From assembly GCA_050950285.1 (NCBI GenBank), contig JBMNHG010000002.1, positions 504,654 to 568,653 on the forward strand: 64,000 nt of DNA, read 5' to 3'. The notes beneath the pieces are model-generated. The model saw nothing but the letters and a program-made list of their open reading frames with translations, had not been told where the DNA came from and made no database searches. A program made the position numbers and the translations under genes. Shown one piece after another: positions 44,508 through 53,380 of this stretch (the stretch's first letter is position 1; every line of letters begins with the position of its first letter). The stretch is from Kiritimatiellia bacterium (GTDB lineage: Bacteria; Verrucomicrobiota; Kiritimatiellia; RFP12; JBMNHG01).

Positions 44508-45410
44508 TCAGAAGTAGCCTTCGCGCTTCTTCTGCTCCATCGACGAGTCCTGGTCGTGATCGATGATGCGCGTGATGCGTTCGGAATCGCGCACGACCAT
44601 CATTTCCTGGAGGATGTCCTGCACGGTCTTCGCGGAAGAGCGGATGGCGCCGGTGCAAGGCCAGCAGCCGAGCGTGCGGAAGCGGCATTCGACCGTCTGG
44701 ATCTTCGAGGGGTCGGCGACGCGCGCGCGGTCGATCACGGGGATGAGCAGCCCGTCGCGCTCGATCACCTCGCGTTCGGCGGCGAAGTACATCGGGACCA
44801 CGGGAATCCTCTCGGCGAGGATGTAGTGCCACACGTCGAGTTCGGTCCAGTTCGAAAGCGGGAACACGCGGATCGACTCGCCGGGGTTCACGCGGGTGTT
44901 GTAGAGGTTCCAGAGTTCGGGGCGCTGGTTCTTGGGATCCCACTGCCCGTGGGCGTCGCGGAAGGAGAAGACGCGTTCCTTGGCCCGCGATTTCTCCTCG
45001 TCGCGGCGGGCGCCGCCGAAGGCCGCGTCGTGCTTCCCGGCGCGGAGGGCGTCGAGCAGCCCCTGGGTCTTCAGCTGGGCGCAGCACTTCACCGTGCCGA
45101 GACGCCACGGGTCGGCGCCGGCCGCGATGGACGCCTCGTTGCGGTACACGACGAGTTCCGCGCCGATCGACTTGCAGTAGGAGTCGCGGAACTCGTACAT
45201 CTCCGGGAATTTCAGGCCGGTATCGACATGCAGGAGCGGAAAGGGGATGGGCGCGGGATGGAAGGCCTTGCGCGCAAGATGCACCATCGCCGACGAGTCC
45301 TTGCCGATGGAATAGAGCATCACGGGCCGCTCGAATTCGGCGGCGACCTCGCGGAGGATGTGGATGCTCTCGGCTTCGAGGGCCTGGAGGTTGGTCATCG
45401 AATAGTTCAT
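44508..45410 (-). CDS. cysD: Sulfate adenylyltransferase subunit 2 (CysD)
   Basis: Near colinear match to E. coli CysD ([40 protein letters not shown] ... [22 protein letters not shown] ... [12 protein letters not shown] ... [10 protein letters not shown]). Start is MNYSMTNLQ (complement 45408-45410). The longer ORF listed to 45506 is upstream extension. Confidence 0.9.
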   Translation of the reverse strand: MNYSMTNLQALEAESIHILREVAAEFERPVMLYSIGKDSSAMVHLARKAFHPAPIPFPLLHVDTGLKFPEMYEFRDSYCKSIGAELVVYRNEASIAAGADPWRLGTVKCCAQLKTQGLLDALRAGKHDAAFGGARRDEEKSRAKERVFSFRDAHGQWDPKNQRPELWNLYNTRVNPGESIRVFPLSNWTELDVWHYILAERIPVVPMYFAAEREVIERDGLLIPVIDRARVADPSKIQTVECRFRTLGCWPCTGAIRSSAKTVQDILQEMMVVRDSERITRIIDHDQDSSMEQKKREGYF

Positions 45411-46312
45411 GGTTCCGGCGAAAGGAGAAGAGGGGGGAGGCTTGCCACCGCCGCCGCGACGGCGTCGGGCGAAGGCAGCGGCATCGGGCGCCGGACGGGG
45501 CCGCACGGCACGCCGCGCCGCGTGAGAAGCTGCTTCAGCAGCAGGATCATCGGCACGCCGCGCGCGCCCGCCATCCGGTCGATGGCGCGCATCGATTCAA
45601 GCTGGAGCGAACGCGCGGCATCCAGGTCGCCCGCGTCGAAGGCCGCGACGAGCCGGTTGTAGAGCGGCGCCATCACGTTGTAGGTGGAGCCGACCGCCCC
45701 GCGCGCCCCCATCACGAGGGCGGAGAGAAGCATCTCGTCGCGGCCGAAGAGGACGTCGAAACCCGCATCGAGCGCGAGCGCGTAGTCCATGACGTTCTCG
45801 AAGGTGAATTTCGCGCCGGCGGTGTTGGCGGCGCGCTCCCGGAGTTTGGGGAGGAAGAGGCGCATCGGCGCCTCCTGCACGGTCATCGACGGCATGTGGT
45901 AGTAGTAGAACGGAAGATCCGGGCACCCCCCTGCGACCTCCGCCATGGCGTCGGCCAGGGCGTCCGGTCCCGCCGCGCGGAAGAAGACCGGCGGCATCGC
46001 CCCCACCGCCGCCGCGCCGATGCGCTGGGCATGCGCCGCGAGCTCCCGCGCATCCGCGAGCGATTCGCATCCGGCGTGCACCACGACCCGGAGCGGCGTG
46101 CCGCTTGCCGCGGCCACCCAGGCTTCCGCCATCGCCAAACGCTCGTCTTTCGCGAGGGAGAGGCTTTCGCCCGTGGTACCGTTCACGAACACGCCGGCCA
46201 CGCCATCCTGGACCAGCCGTTCCGCATAGGCCGGGACGACCTCCGGCGCAATGGAGCCGTCGTCGTGGAAGGGCGTCACAGGCGCCGCGATCAATCCCGT
46301 CAAACGTTGCAT
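45407..46312 (-). CDS. DapA/NAL-family lyase (dihydrodipicolinate synthase / N-acetylneuraminate lyase family)
   Basis: Family N-terminus [21 protein letters not shown] ... [14 protein letters not shown] and overall ~300 aa TIM-barrel pattern. Stop overlaps the cysD start by 4 bp. The listed ORF start at 46480 is unlikely (R/P-rich extension). Confidence 0.7.
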   Translation of the reverse strand: MQRLTGLIAAPVTPFHDDGSIAPEVVPAYAERLVQDGVAGVFVNGTTGESLSLAKDERLAMAEAWVAAASGTPLRVVVHAGCESLADARELAAHAQRIGAAAVGAMPPVFFRAAGPDALADAMAEVAGGCPDLPFYYYHMPSMTVQEAPMRLFLPKLRERAANTAGAKFTFENVMDYALALDAGFDVLFGRDEMLLSALVMGARGAVGSTYNVMAPLYNRLVAAFDAGDLDAARSLQLESMRAIDRMAGARGVPMILLLKQLLTRRGVPCGPVRRPMPLPSPDAVAAAVASLPPLLLSPEP

Positions 46313-46533
46313 GGCACGGAAATCCCCTTGCTCGACCCAAGGCCCGCCCCGCCGGGACGGGGTCGGATCGGACGGCTGGAACGCCGGCCTATGGTGGCAG
46401 AACGATGTGGAGTCATGGCGGTCCCCGAAACAGGTGGGGGGTGAAACGTCCATGATATCCGATCCCCCCTCCCGAATCAATCGCGAGAAAGCAAAACGCG
46501 CGACCGCCGCGCCGGACAGGACGGGCGGGAGCG

Positions 46534-46573
46534 AAAAAAACGGCGCGCCGCGAAAAAAGCGGCGCGCCGTTTC
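46534..46573. terminator. Bidirectional terminator A7-CGGCGCGCCGC-gaaaaaa-GCGGCGCGCCG-TTT
   Basis: 11-bp perfect stem with a 7-nt A-rich loop. The upstream A-run gives a U-tract for minus-strand transcripts leaving the GH71 operon (stop at 46667). Confidence 0.75.
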
Positions 46574-46666
46574 CGGCCGGGTTCGAGGGGGCCGCCTGCC
46601 TCACGGGGAGGAGGGCGCCCGGAAGCGGGGCTTCTCGCGGCAACTCCCGCCGGCCGGCCTCCCGGT

Positions 46667-49264
46667 TCATCGCGGGCCAGGCCGGACCACCCGGAAGCCG
46701 ATGTAGATGTAGCCGCCATACACCGGCGAGTTGAATTCGCGCTGGGTGGCCGTGTGGGTGTGCCCGTAGTACCCGAAGCTGCCCCCGCGGATCGAGACGA
46801 AGGTGCAGCGGGCCGATTTCGCCGGACGCAGGTCGATCGGATCTTTCCCCTCGCGGATGTTGTCGTAGTGGAAATTGTCGTTGCACCATTCGCAGACGTT
46901 GCCCGCCATGTCGTGCACTCCGTCCCTCGAGACGTCGCCCGCGAAACTCCCGACGGTCGCGGTTCTTCCGATCGGGCGGACGGTCTCCAGATCCGCGGCC
47001 TGCAGTTCGTCTTCCAGCGGCGACATGTTGCATCGGCCTTCGGGCGATTCCTCGCCCCAGGGATAGGTGCGGCCCTCGCCGCGGCCCGACGCCACGTATT
47101 CCCACTCCGCTTCGGTGGGCAGGCGGTAGCCGCTTGCTCCGGCGATCCGCCGGAAGTTGTCGGCCTCGTCGTAGGCGGGTTCGAGTCCCTCCCGTTTCGA
47201 GAGGAAATTGCAGTAGGACGCGGCCTGCCGCCAGGAGACATAGATGACGGGCTCGTCGTCGCGCCACGAGGTCTCGCAGCGGTGGTGGCGGTGCCGCGGC
47301 ATGAATTCCTCGAATTCGCGGTTGGTCACTTCGTATTTCCCGATGGCGAACGGCGAGATCTCGATGGTTCTGCCATCCATTTCAAACGAGCCGCCGGGGA
47401 TGTCGACCATCACCGGATACGGCGCCTTCGGCGCGTCCGCCCGCCGGGCGATTTCGTTCTTCACGAGCGCCACCGACAGCACCCTGGCGTCGCCATAGTC
47501 GGAGTAGTCGTATTGGACCGGCACGCGCTTGCCGTCCTGCCAGCGCGTTTCCCGTCCTGTCGTTTTATCGACGGAAATCCGGATCGCGCTGGAGCCGGGG
47601 AGGACCGACCAGAGGAAGTGCAGCTCTTTGACTTCGCCGCCGGTGGGCGGGAGGTAGAGGGGCATGCGGTGGGCGTGGAAGGTGTCGGCCATGCCGGGCA
47701 TGTCGACATAGAACGTATAGCGCGACTCCTCGTCGCCGGCATTCGAGTATGCCACGCGGAAGGCATACGAGCCGGGTTCGAAGCCGTCGGGGAGGGGCCA
47801 CTCCATGCCGTCCGCCGCGTCGAGGACGAGACAGGGCTCTCCGGCGACCGCGCACGACGTCCACTGGCGCTGCGTGCCGTTGTAGTCGTATGCCACGGAG
47901 TTCCGAACCGTCTCCTTCGCGGCGATCTGGCGGCGGCCCAGGAAATCGAGGAGGGTTTCCCCGTCGCGGCGGACGATGATCTCCGGCGTCGCGCCGGGCA
48001 CCATCGGGACTTCCAGCGTTGTGAAGCCGGCGCCGCAGATCTTCGTCGTGACGGTGCTCGCGCCGGCGGATTGCTGCCGGACGGCGACCTCTGCCGGAGC
48101 GGTGAGCGCGACGGTCACGTAGACGTTGTCGCGGACGTCGTCGTGGATCTGCAGGAAGGTGTCGCGGAAGTCGCGCCAGGTCCCGGTCTCGCCGTTGTAG
48201 AGCATCGTGAGATTCTTCGAGCGCGGGCGATAGACGACATACGCCTTGTCCTGTTTGATTCCGGGATAGATGCCGCGGTCTTTGTAGGCCGCCGCGAAAT
48301 AGGCGGTGAGGTCGAGGAACGATTCGTCGCGGCAGGTCCAGAACCGGTTCGCGAGATCGTGCGGGAGTCCTTCGCTGGTCCAGCCGTCGGCGAAGATCCC
48401 GGAGTCTTCGCCGTTGTCGTTCCAGGTGACGATCTCGACGAGTTCGGGCTGGTCGCGGACGATGCCGCGCCAGAGTTCCGCGTATCCCTGCACGCCGTGG
48501 TAGTCGCGGAGGTTGGAGCTGTTGTAGGCGGGGCAGGGGCCGGCCATGTAGATCCCGCCGCGCTTGAGCGCCGCGAGGCGTCCGTTCGCGAGCCGGTCGC
48601 GGAGTTCGCGCACCGTGTTGTCGCAGCCGAAGGTGAAGACGCCGTCGCAGACGAAGTTCGTCGCGCCCCACAGGTCGTCGTCGACGAGGTCGAACGATTC
48701 GTACATGGTGTGCTGGGAGCATCCCATCGCCGGGACAATCAGGTAGTCGCCGACGCCGAGGCGCTCGAACTCGGCCTTCATCCACGGGTATTTCGTGGAG
48801 TCGCGGTTGCCGCCGGCCCAGCCGGACATGAAGGGGCGTCCGTCGTAGCGGAAAAGATTCGGATGGTCGTGGTAGCGCACGCCCATGTCGGTGAAGTTGT
48901 TCCGCTGCGCGGCTTCCAGCGAGCCGTCGGGCGAGAAGAAAAGCTTGAAGCCCGTCCCCAGCTCCTTCGCGGCGGCGAATATCCGTTCCGAGGCCCCCAC
49001 ATAGCCCTCGAAGGGCTTCCACTCGCCGTTTTCGTCCTTGCGCTGCCAGTTGCCGCAGTTCAGCGCCCAGCCTTCGACGCCGTACAGCTGCGCGAGCCGG
49101 ATTTCCTTCTTGTAGGTATCGACATCCTTGTAGAAGCACGTCATGTAGTGCGCGAAGACGGTATGCCTGCCCTCGACGGGCGCGCTGTCCGCATGGGGGA
49201 GCAGGGCGGCGGTCGCCGCAAGCGCCGTTACAATGCCTTTTCCGGTGTTCATGTCAGTTTCCAT
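46667..49264 (-). CDS. GH71-family glycoside hydrolase (alpha-1,3-glucanase-like) fused to a C-terminal FGE/SUMF1-type (formylglycine-generating-enzyme-fold) domain
   Basis: GH71 hallmarks VFAHYMTCF, GVEGWALNCG, EIVTWNDNGEDSG. C-terminal ~250 aa carries FGE-sulfatase-domain motifs (GGSFEMDG ... GKYEVTNREFEEF ... YRLPTEAEWEYVASG ... HDMAGNVCEWCND ... RGGSF). Signal peptide after Met at 49252 (MNTGKGIVTALAATAALLP); true start is 49264 or 49252. Confidence 0.75.
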   Translation of the reverse strand: METDMNTGKGIVTALAATAALLPHADSAPVEGRHTVFAHYMTCFYKDVDTYKKEIRLAQLYGVEGWALNCGNWQRKDENGEWKPFEGYVGASERIFAAAKELGTGFKLFFSPDGSLEAAQRNNFTDMGVRYHDHPNLFRYDGRPFMSGWAGGNRDSTKYPWMKAEFERLGVGDYLIVPAMGCSQHTMYESFDLVDDDLWGATNFVCDGVFTFGCDNTVRELRDRLANGRLAALKRGGIYMAGPCPAYNSSNLRDYHGVQGYAELWRGIVRDQPELVEIVTWNDNGEDSGIFADGWTSEGLPHDLANRFWTCRDESFLDLTAYFAAAYKDRGIYPGIKQDKAYVVYRPRSKNLTMLYNGETGTWRDFRDTFLQIHDDVRDNVYVTVALTAPAEVAVRQQSAGASTVTTKICGAGFTTLEVPMVPGATPEIIVRRDGETLLDFLGRRQIAAKETVRNSVAYDYNGTQRQWTSCAVAGEPCLVLDAADGMEWPLPDGFEPGSYAFRVAYSNAGDEESRYTFYVDMPGMADTFHAHRMPLYLPPTGGEVKELHFLWSVLPGSSAIRISVDKTTGRETRWQDGKRVPVQYDYSDYGDARVLSVALVKNEIARRADAPKAPYPVMVDIPGGSFEMDGRTIEISPFAIGKYEVTNREFEEFMPRHRHHRCETSWRDDEPVIYVSWRQAASYCNFLSKREGLEPAYDEADNFRRIAGASGYRLPTEAEWEYVASGRGEGRTYPWGEESPEGRCNMSPLEDELQAADLETVRPIGRTATVGSFAGDVSRDGVHDMAGNVCEWCNDNFHYDNIREGKDPIDLRPAKSARCTFVSIRGGSFGYYGHTHTATQREFNSPVYGGYIYIGFRVVRPGPR

Positions 49265-51389
49265 TTCTGCGAACTCTGAGTTCCTGGATTTCGAGCGGGC
49301 CGACGCCCCACATGTCGCGAAGGTCGGAGACGAGCTTTACCATGTCGCCGGCCTGGAGCCGCACGGGCGGGAGCGTGATCGTCTCGTGCGATCCCTTGCC
49401 GAGTCGGACCTCCCGGCTTTCCGTTGCGGCCTCCAGGCGGGCCCAGATCTCCCCGCCTCCGGCGGCCTCGGGAGAGACCGACACGTCGGCCGCGATCTCG
49501 TACGTTCCGCCGGCGGGGGCCTTCCAGCCGAGCGCATAGGTGTCGCCGCGTCTCCCGGCGATCGTGACCGTGCCGTTCGTGGTGAAATGGAAATTCCCGT
49601 CGTAGAACCAGCGGGCGGTCATCTGGCCGCCTTCCACGGTGGCGCGCCGGCCGTCGGGACGCAGGGCGTACCAGACGTCGTTCCCGCGGCTGTCCCGCAT
49701 CGGATTCCAGGTATGCGCTTTCCGGGCGATGTCGGCCGACGACCAGGTTTCGGTGGCGGAATACGGTTCGTCCGCGACGAGCGGATTCGTCCTGCGGCGG
49801 TATTCCTCGAGGTTGTCCGCGCCGTCTCCGTCGGGGTCGGCCGCCGGGTCGGCGCAGGAGGCGGTGGACATGTCGTGGAAGCGTCCGAAGAAGAGCATCT
49901 CGAACCAGTTCGGCATGCCGTCGTTGTCCTCGTCGGCCTGGTAGGCCCACTTTACGGGCGGGACGCCGGGGAAGTCCTTCTCCCATTCGGAATCGTAGTT
50001 CGAGCCGATGGCGTACATCATGAAATCCTCGCGGAAGGGGGCGTCGGCCACCTTTTCGGGCGCGGTGATCCCGCAGACGGTTTTAGTCCCGAGAAGCCTC
50101 GTCCGGCGGGCGCGGGCGCGGACGGTGCCGGCCTTCAGCGGGAACTGCTTCCGGAAGAGCCCGGCCGGGGCCTTGTATCCGCCATAGCCGTCGACTTCGA
50201 CCGTCGCCGGCTTCTTGAGCAGCGTGACGACCTCGAGGACGGGGGGCGGCAGGGTGTTCCGGTTGCGCGAGGAGAACGGCCAGGAAGGCGTGTCCCAGTT
50301 GTCCGTGCGGCGGAAGACGAGGTGGATCTCGTCCTCCGCCACCTTGGGCGGCTTGCCGTTTTTCCACCAGTCGGACCAGTATTTGCAGAGGCGCGTGAGA
50401 GTGTAGGACCACGACACGTTCGGGGCGAGCGACGTCTCTTCGCCATAGTCGTTCCAGGTCACGAACTGGATGAGCCGCGAATCGGTCTGGATCGCGTTCT
50501 CCCAGCAGGCCGCGAGACGGTCAAGCCCCGGATAGGTGATGATGCTGCCGCGCGGGTTCTGGTACTGGCAGATCATCGGCTGGCTCCAGATCTTCCCGCA
50601 CGCCTTCACGGTGTCCGGGACCAGCGGGTCGAGGCCCCAGTTCCCCTGTTCGCCGATGAAGCCGCCGAGCGCGTCGAAGAGCCCCGCCGCGAAACGCACG
50701 GCGCCGACCTTGTCCGCCTCGGGGTCGTCCCACTTGACCAGATAGTCGATGTCGCCGTGGAGAAACACGTCGCGGGAAATCGCCTTTCGGAAGCTCTTCC
50801 ACTGCTCCTCGATTTCGGGGAAGGGCCCCCATCCGGCGACGAAGCGCATGTGATAGGTGAAGATGAGGGGGCGTCCATCGAAGGTCGCGAAGGCGGGGGA
50901 GTCGGCGAACCGCAGGACGTCGTTCACGGAATCGGCGAAACGCCGCCACATCGGAACGCTGTCGTCATAGCCGTGGCGGTGGCAGGCGGGGTCGAGACAG
51001 ATCGTGACCTGGAACTTCCCGTCGTATTTCTCCGCCGCCTTGAGCAGGGCCTCGAAGGTCCGCTTGGCGCCGTCCCGTCCGGCCCAGGCATCGACGGCGA
51101 ATCCGTCGAGTCCGGCACGCATCGCGCGGCGGATCTCGAAATCGGCGTTCTCCGCCTCGCCCTGCTGGAAGCCCCACGGCTGGAGCGGCCGGTCCAGCCA
51201 GCCGGCGCCGCCCGGTTCCTCGAACGCGGCGCCGGAGCGGATCTTCTCGAACCCGTTCGTCAGCGACACGGGCAGCCACCCGCTGGAGACGGGGAAGCAG
51301 CCCATGTAGTGCGCGAAGAACTTCCGTTCGACGGCCTCGGACCGGGAGACGAGGGCGAGCAGGCAGGCGAGCAGGCAGATCTTCTTCAT
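49254..51389 (-). CDS. GH71-family glycoside hydrolase (secreted)
   Basis: Signal peptide MKKICLLACLLALVSRSEA. GH71 hallmarks KFFAHYMGCF, GLDGFAVDAW, IQFVTWNDYGEETS. Confidence 0.75.
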   Translation of the reverse strand: MKKICLLACLLALVSRSEAVERKFFAHYMGCFPVSSGWLPVSLTNGFEKIRSGAAFEEPGGAGWLDRPLQPWGFQQGEAENADFEIRRAMRAGLDGFAVDAWAGRDGAKRTFEALLKAAEKYDGKFQVTICLDPACHRHGYDDSVPMWRRFADSVNDVLRFADSPAFATFDGRPLIFTYHMRFVAGWGPFPEIEEQWKSFRKAISRDVFLHGDIDYLVKWDDPEADKVGAVRFAAGLFDALGGFIGEQGNWGLDPLVPDTVKACGKIWSQPMICQYQNPRGSIITYPGLDRLAACWENAIQTDSRLIQFVTWNDYGEETSLAPNVSWSYTLTRLCKYWSDWWKNGKPPKVAEDEIHLVFRRTDNWDTPSWPFSSRNRNTLPPPVLEVVTLLKKPATVEVDGYGGYKAPAGLFRKQFPLKAGTVRARARRTRLLGTKTVCGITAPEKVADAPFREDFMMYAIGSNYDSEWEKDFPGVPPVKWAYQADEDNDGMPNWFEMLFFGRFHDMSTASCADPAADPDGDGADNLEEYRRRTNPLVADEPYSATETWSSADIARKAHTWNPMRDSRGNDVWYALRPDGRRATVEGGQMTARWFYDGNFHFTTNGTVTIAGRRGDTYALGWKAPAGGTYEIAADVSVSPEAAGGGEIWARLEAATESREVRLGKGSHETITLPPVRLQAGDMVKLVSDLRDMWGVGPLEIQELRVRRNGN

Positions 51390-51416
51390 GGAAGAATTCG
51401 GGCGGCAGGGGCCCGA

Positions 51417-53372
51417 TTATCCGAGTGCGTAGACGGTCTTGCCCTTGCGAAGGATTTGGAGCGACATCGGCTTCAGGCTTCCGACCTTCCTGCCGGTCGC
51501 GTTCACGAACATCTCGATGCCGTTGTCGAAGGTCCAGTGGACGGCGTCGGGAGCCAGCTCCTCAAAGGCGGTCGTGACGCCGTTCTTGAGTTCCGGCACG
51601 AGCTCGTAGATCACGCGATAGGGCTCGACGATGTCGGCCAGCGACTTCCGCCAGTCGTCGCCGATGACGCCGTCTTCCGCGTGTTCCACGACCTCCATCC
51701 AGGGCACGCCGCCGTCGGCGTACATGCCGAGGATGCCTTCGGGACGGCCGCGGTAGCCGTGGATGACGTTCGGGTGGTACTGGATGATGCCGTGGACCGC
51801 GATATTCCAGAAGGGGACGTAGCGGTCGAGCAGTTCCAGCGTGTCGCCGGTGAGGCGGCGCTTCGACCAGACGCGCGGACCGCTCGCCCCGTTTCCGGCG
51901 AAGTCGATGTACTTGAGCGTGTAGACGGCGGGCGTCTCCGTCGCGCTCGTGCCGAAGAGCGCACGCACCCAGCCGAGAAGTTTCAGCTGCCCGAGGGCGA
52001 ACTCCTTCTCGTTCGCCGGATGGTCTTTGTCGCGGCAGCGGAAGAGGCCGGTCCCGAGGGCGTCGATGTAGTACACGCCGTCGAAGCCGAGTTCGCGGAT
52101 GCGGCTGAAATCGCCGCCGTAACGGTGGATCCACACCTGCGGGCACGCCATGTAGGTAAGCCCGCCCGACCATACGCCCATGGGCTGGTATTCGCCGCAT
52201 TCGTCCCGGCTGACGACCGACATGTCGCGGTCGGTCGAGCGCATGTAGATGGAATGGATGTTGTCGTGGGGCGTGACGGCCCAGCCGTATGACTTGATCT
52301 TCGCGATCAGCTTCCGGAGACCTTCTTCGCCGCCGGCGGCGGGGTTGACGGGGAAGTGCGAGGGGTAGACGCCGTCGTGGCCTTCGTTGATCCAGCCGAC
52401 GAGCGTGAACCACGCCTTGCGGATGCCGGCCGCGTGGATGGCGTCGACGATCTTCTCCGCCTCGGCGAACGTGGTCGAGGAGAAATACGGGCTGGTGCCG
52501 TCGGTGCGGAACGGCGGACGCTTCATGCCGATGAAGAGGTTGATGCGCATGGCGTCGGTCATGGCGTCCATCTGCGGTGCCGACTTGCGGCGCTCGACGA
52601 TCGGCTCGAGGCCGCGCTCGTTCCGAAGGTATTCGCCGAAGGCTAGCGCGAGTGGCGCATAGTCCTTCGCCTCGGAGACGGCGCGGAACAGCACTTCCTT
52701 CTCCTCGAACTCCAGCGGATCGCCGACGAGGTCGCGGATGCCGATGACCGCGCGCTGCGAGGCGCGTTCCGGACCGCAGGCGGTCTCGATCCACGCGCGG
52801 AATTCGCCGCCATGGACGATGCCGAGGATGCCGCCTTTCGGGCCAAAGATGCCGAAGGCGTTGAGCAGCCCCATCTTCTCCCATTCGCTCTGCTGCATGT
52901 ACACGCGGTCGACGGAGACGAGCTCCTTTTCCTGCTGGAAGCGCGCGATCGAGCCGGTGAACAGCGGCGTGACGTATCCGCCTTTCTCGGAAGCGCGGGC
53001 GTCCAGGAGGGAGGGCAGGATCTCCACCTTCATCAGCCGCCAGCAGGAGCCGAGCGGCTCGACGATGTCGCCGGCGAGGAATTTCACCCGGAGATACGTG
53101 CCGTCCAGAACCAGCTCCAGCGGCACGTACGTCTGGGACACCGGCTCGAAGCAGTCGAGGATCACGCGGGAATCCGTCCGGCGCCGCACGGTGGCGGCGA
53201 CGCCCTTCGCCGGCAGATATTTCTGCTCGGGGCGGTTGTAGAGCCGGAGCGCGATGACTTCGTTCCAGGCGATGGGTCCGCGCGGGGTCTGTATGCCGGA
53301 TTCGCCGAAGGAAAAGCCGGAAACCGCAGAAGGGCCTGCGGTCCTGGCACGGGAGGCGGTGCTTTTTCTCAT
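51417..53372 (-). CDS. Putative glycoside hydrolase (TIM-barrel-like, family unassigned)
   Basis: ~650 aa. The segment AWFTLVGWINEGHDGVYPSHFP ... WAVTPHDNIH resembles catalytic-barrel regions of several GH families. Same strand and tight spacing with the GH71 genes. Start taken at MRKSTAS (complement 53370-53372); the listed longer N-terminus is R/P-rich. Confidence 0.4.
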   Translation of the reverse strand: MRKSTASRARTAGPSAVSGFSFGESGIQTPRGPIAWNEVIALRLYNRPEQKYLPAKGVAATVRRRTDSRVILDCFEPVSQTYVPLELVLDGTYLRVKFLAGDIVEPLGSCWRLMKVEILPSLLDARASEKGGYVTPLFTGSIARFQQEKELVSVDRVYMQQSEWEKMGLLNAFGIFGPKGGILGIVHGGEFRAWIETACGPERASQRAVIGIRDLVGDPLEFEEKEVLFRAVSEAKDYAPLALAFGEYLRNERGLEPIVERRKSAPQMDAMTDAMRINLFIGMKRPPFRTDGTSPYFSSTTFAEAEKIVDAIHAAGIRKAWFTLVGWINEGHDGVYPSHFPVNPAAGGEEGLRKLIAKIKSYGWAVTPHDNIHSIYMRSTDRDMSVVSRDECGEYQPMGVWSGGLTYMACPQVWIHRYGGDFSRIRELGFDGVYYIDALGTGLFRCRDKDHPANEKEFALGQLKLLGWVRALFGTSATETPAVYTLKYIDFAGNGASGPRVWSKRRLTGDTLELLDRYVPFWNIAVHGIIQYHPNVIHGYRGRPEGILGMYADGGVPWMEVVEHAEDGVIGDDWRKSLADIVEPYRVIYELVPELKNGVTTAFEELAPDAVHWTFDNGIEMFVNATGRKVGSLKPMSLQILRKGKTVYALG

Positions 53373-53380
53373 GGCGGCAG

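Noticed and set aside
39816-45662. Long ORFs antisense to AKR/ligA (39816..43349 minus) and to htpX/cysD (43602..45662 plus)
   Set aside because: The opposite strands encode unmistakable LigA, HtpX and CysD; these are high-GC shadow ORFs.
46754-52292. Plus-strand ORFs 46754..49279 and 49233..52292 over the GH71 cluster
   Set aside because: Shadow ORFs; the minus-strand GH71 proteins have signal peptides and family motifs.
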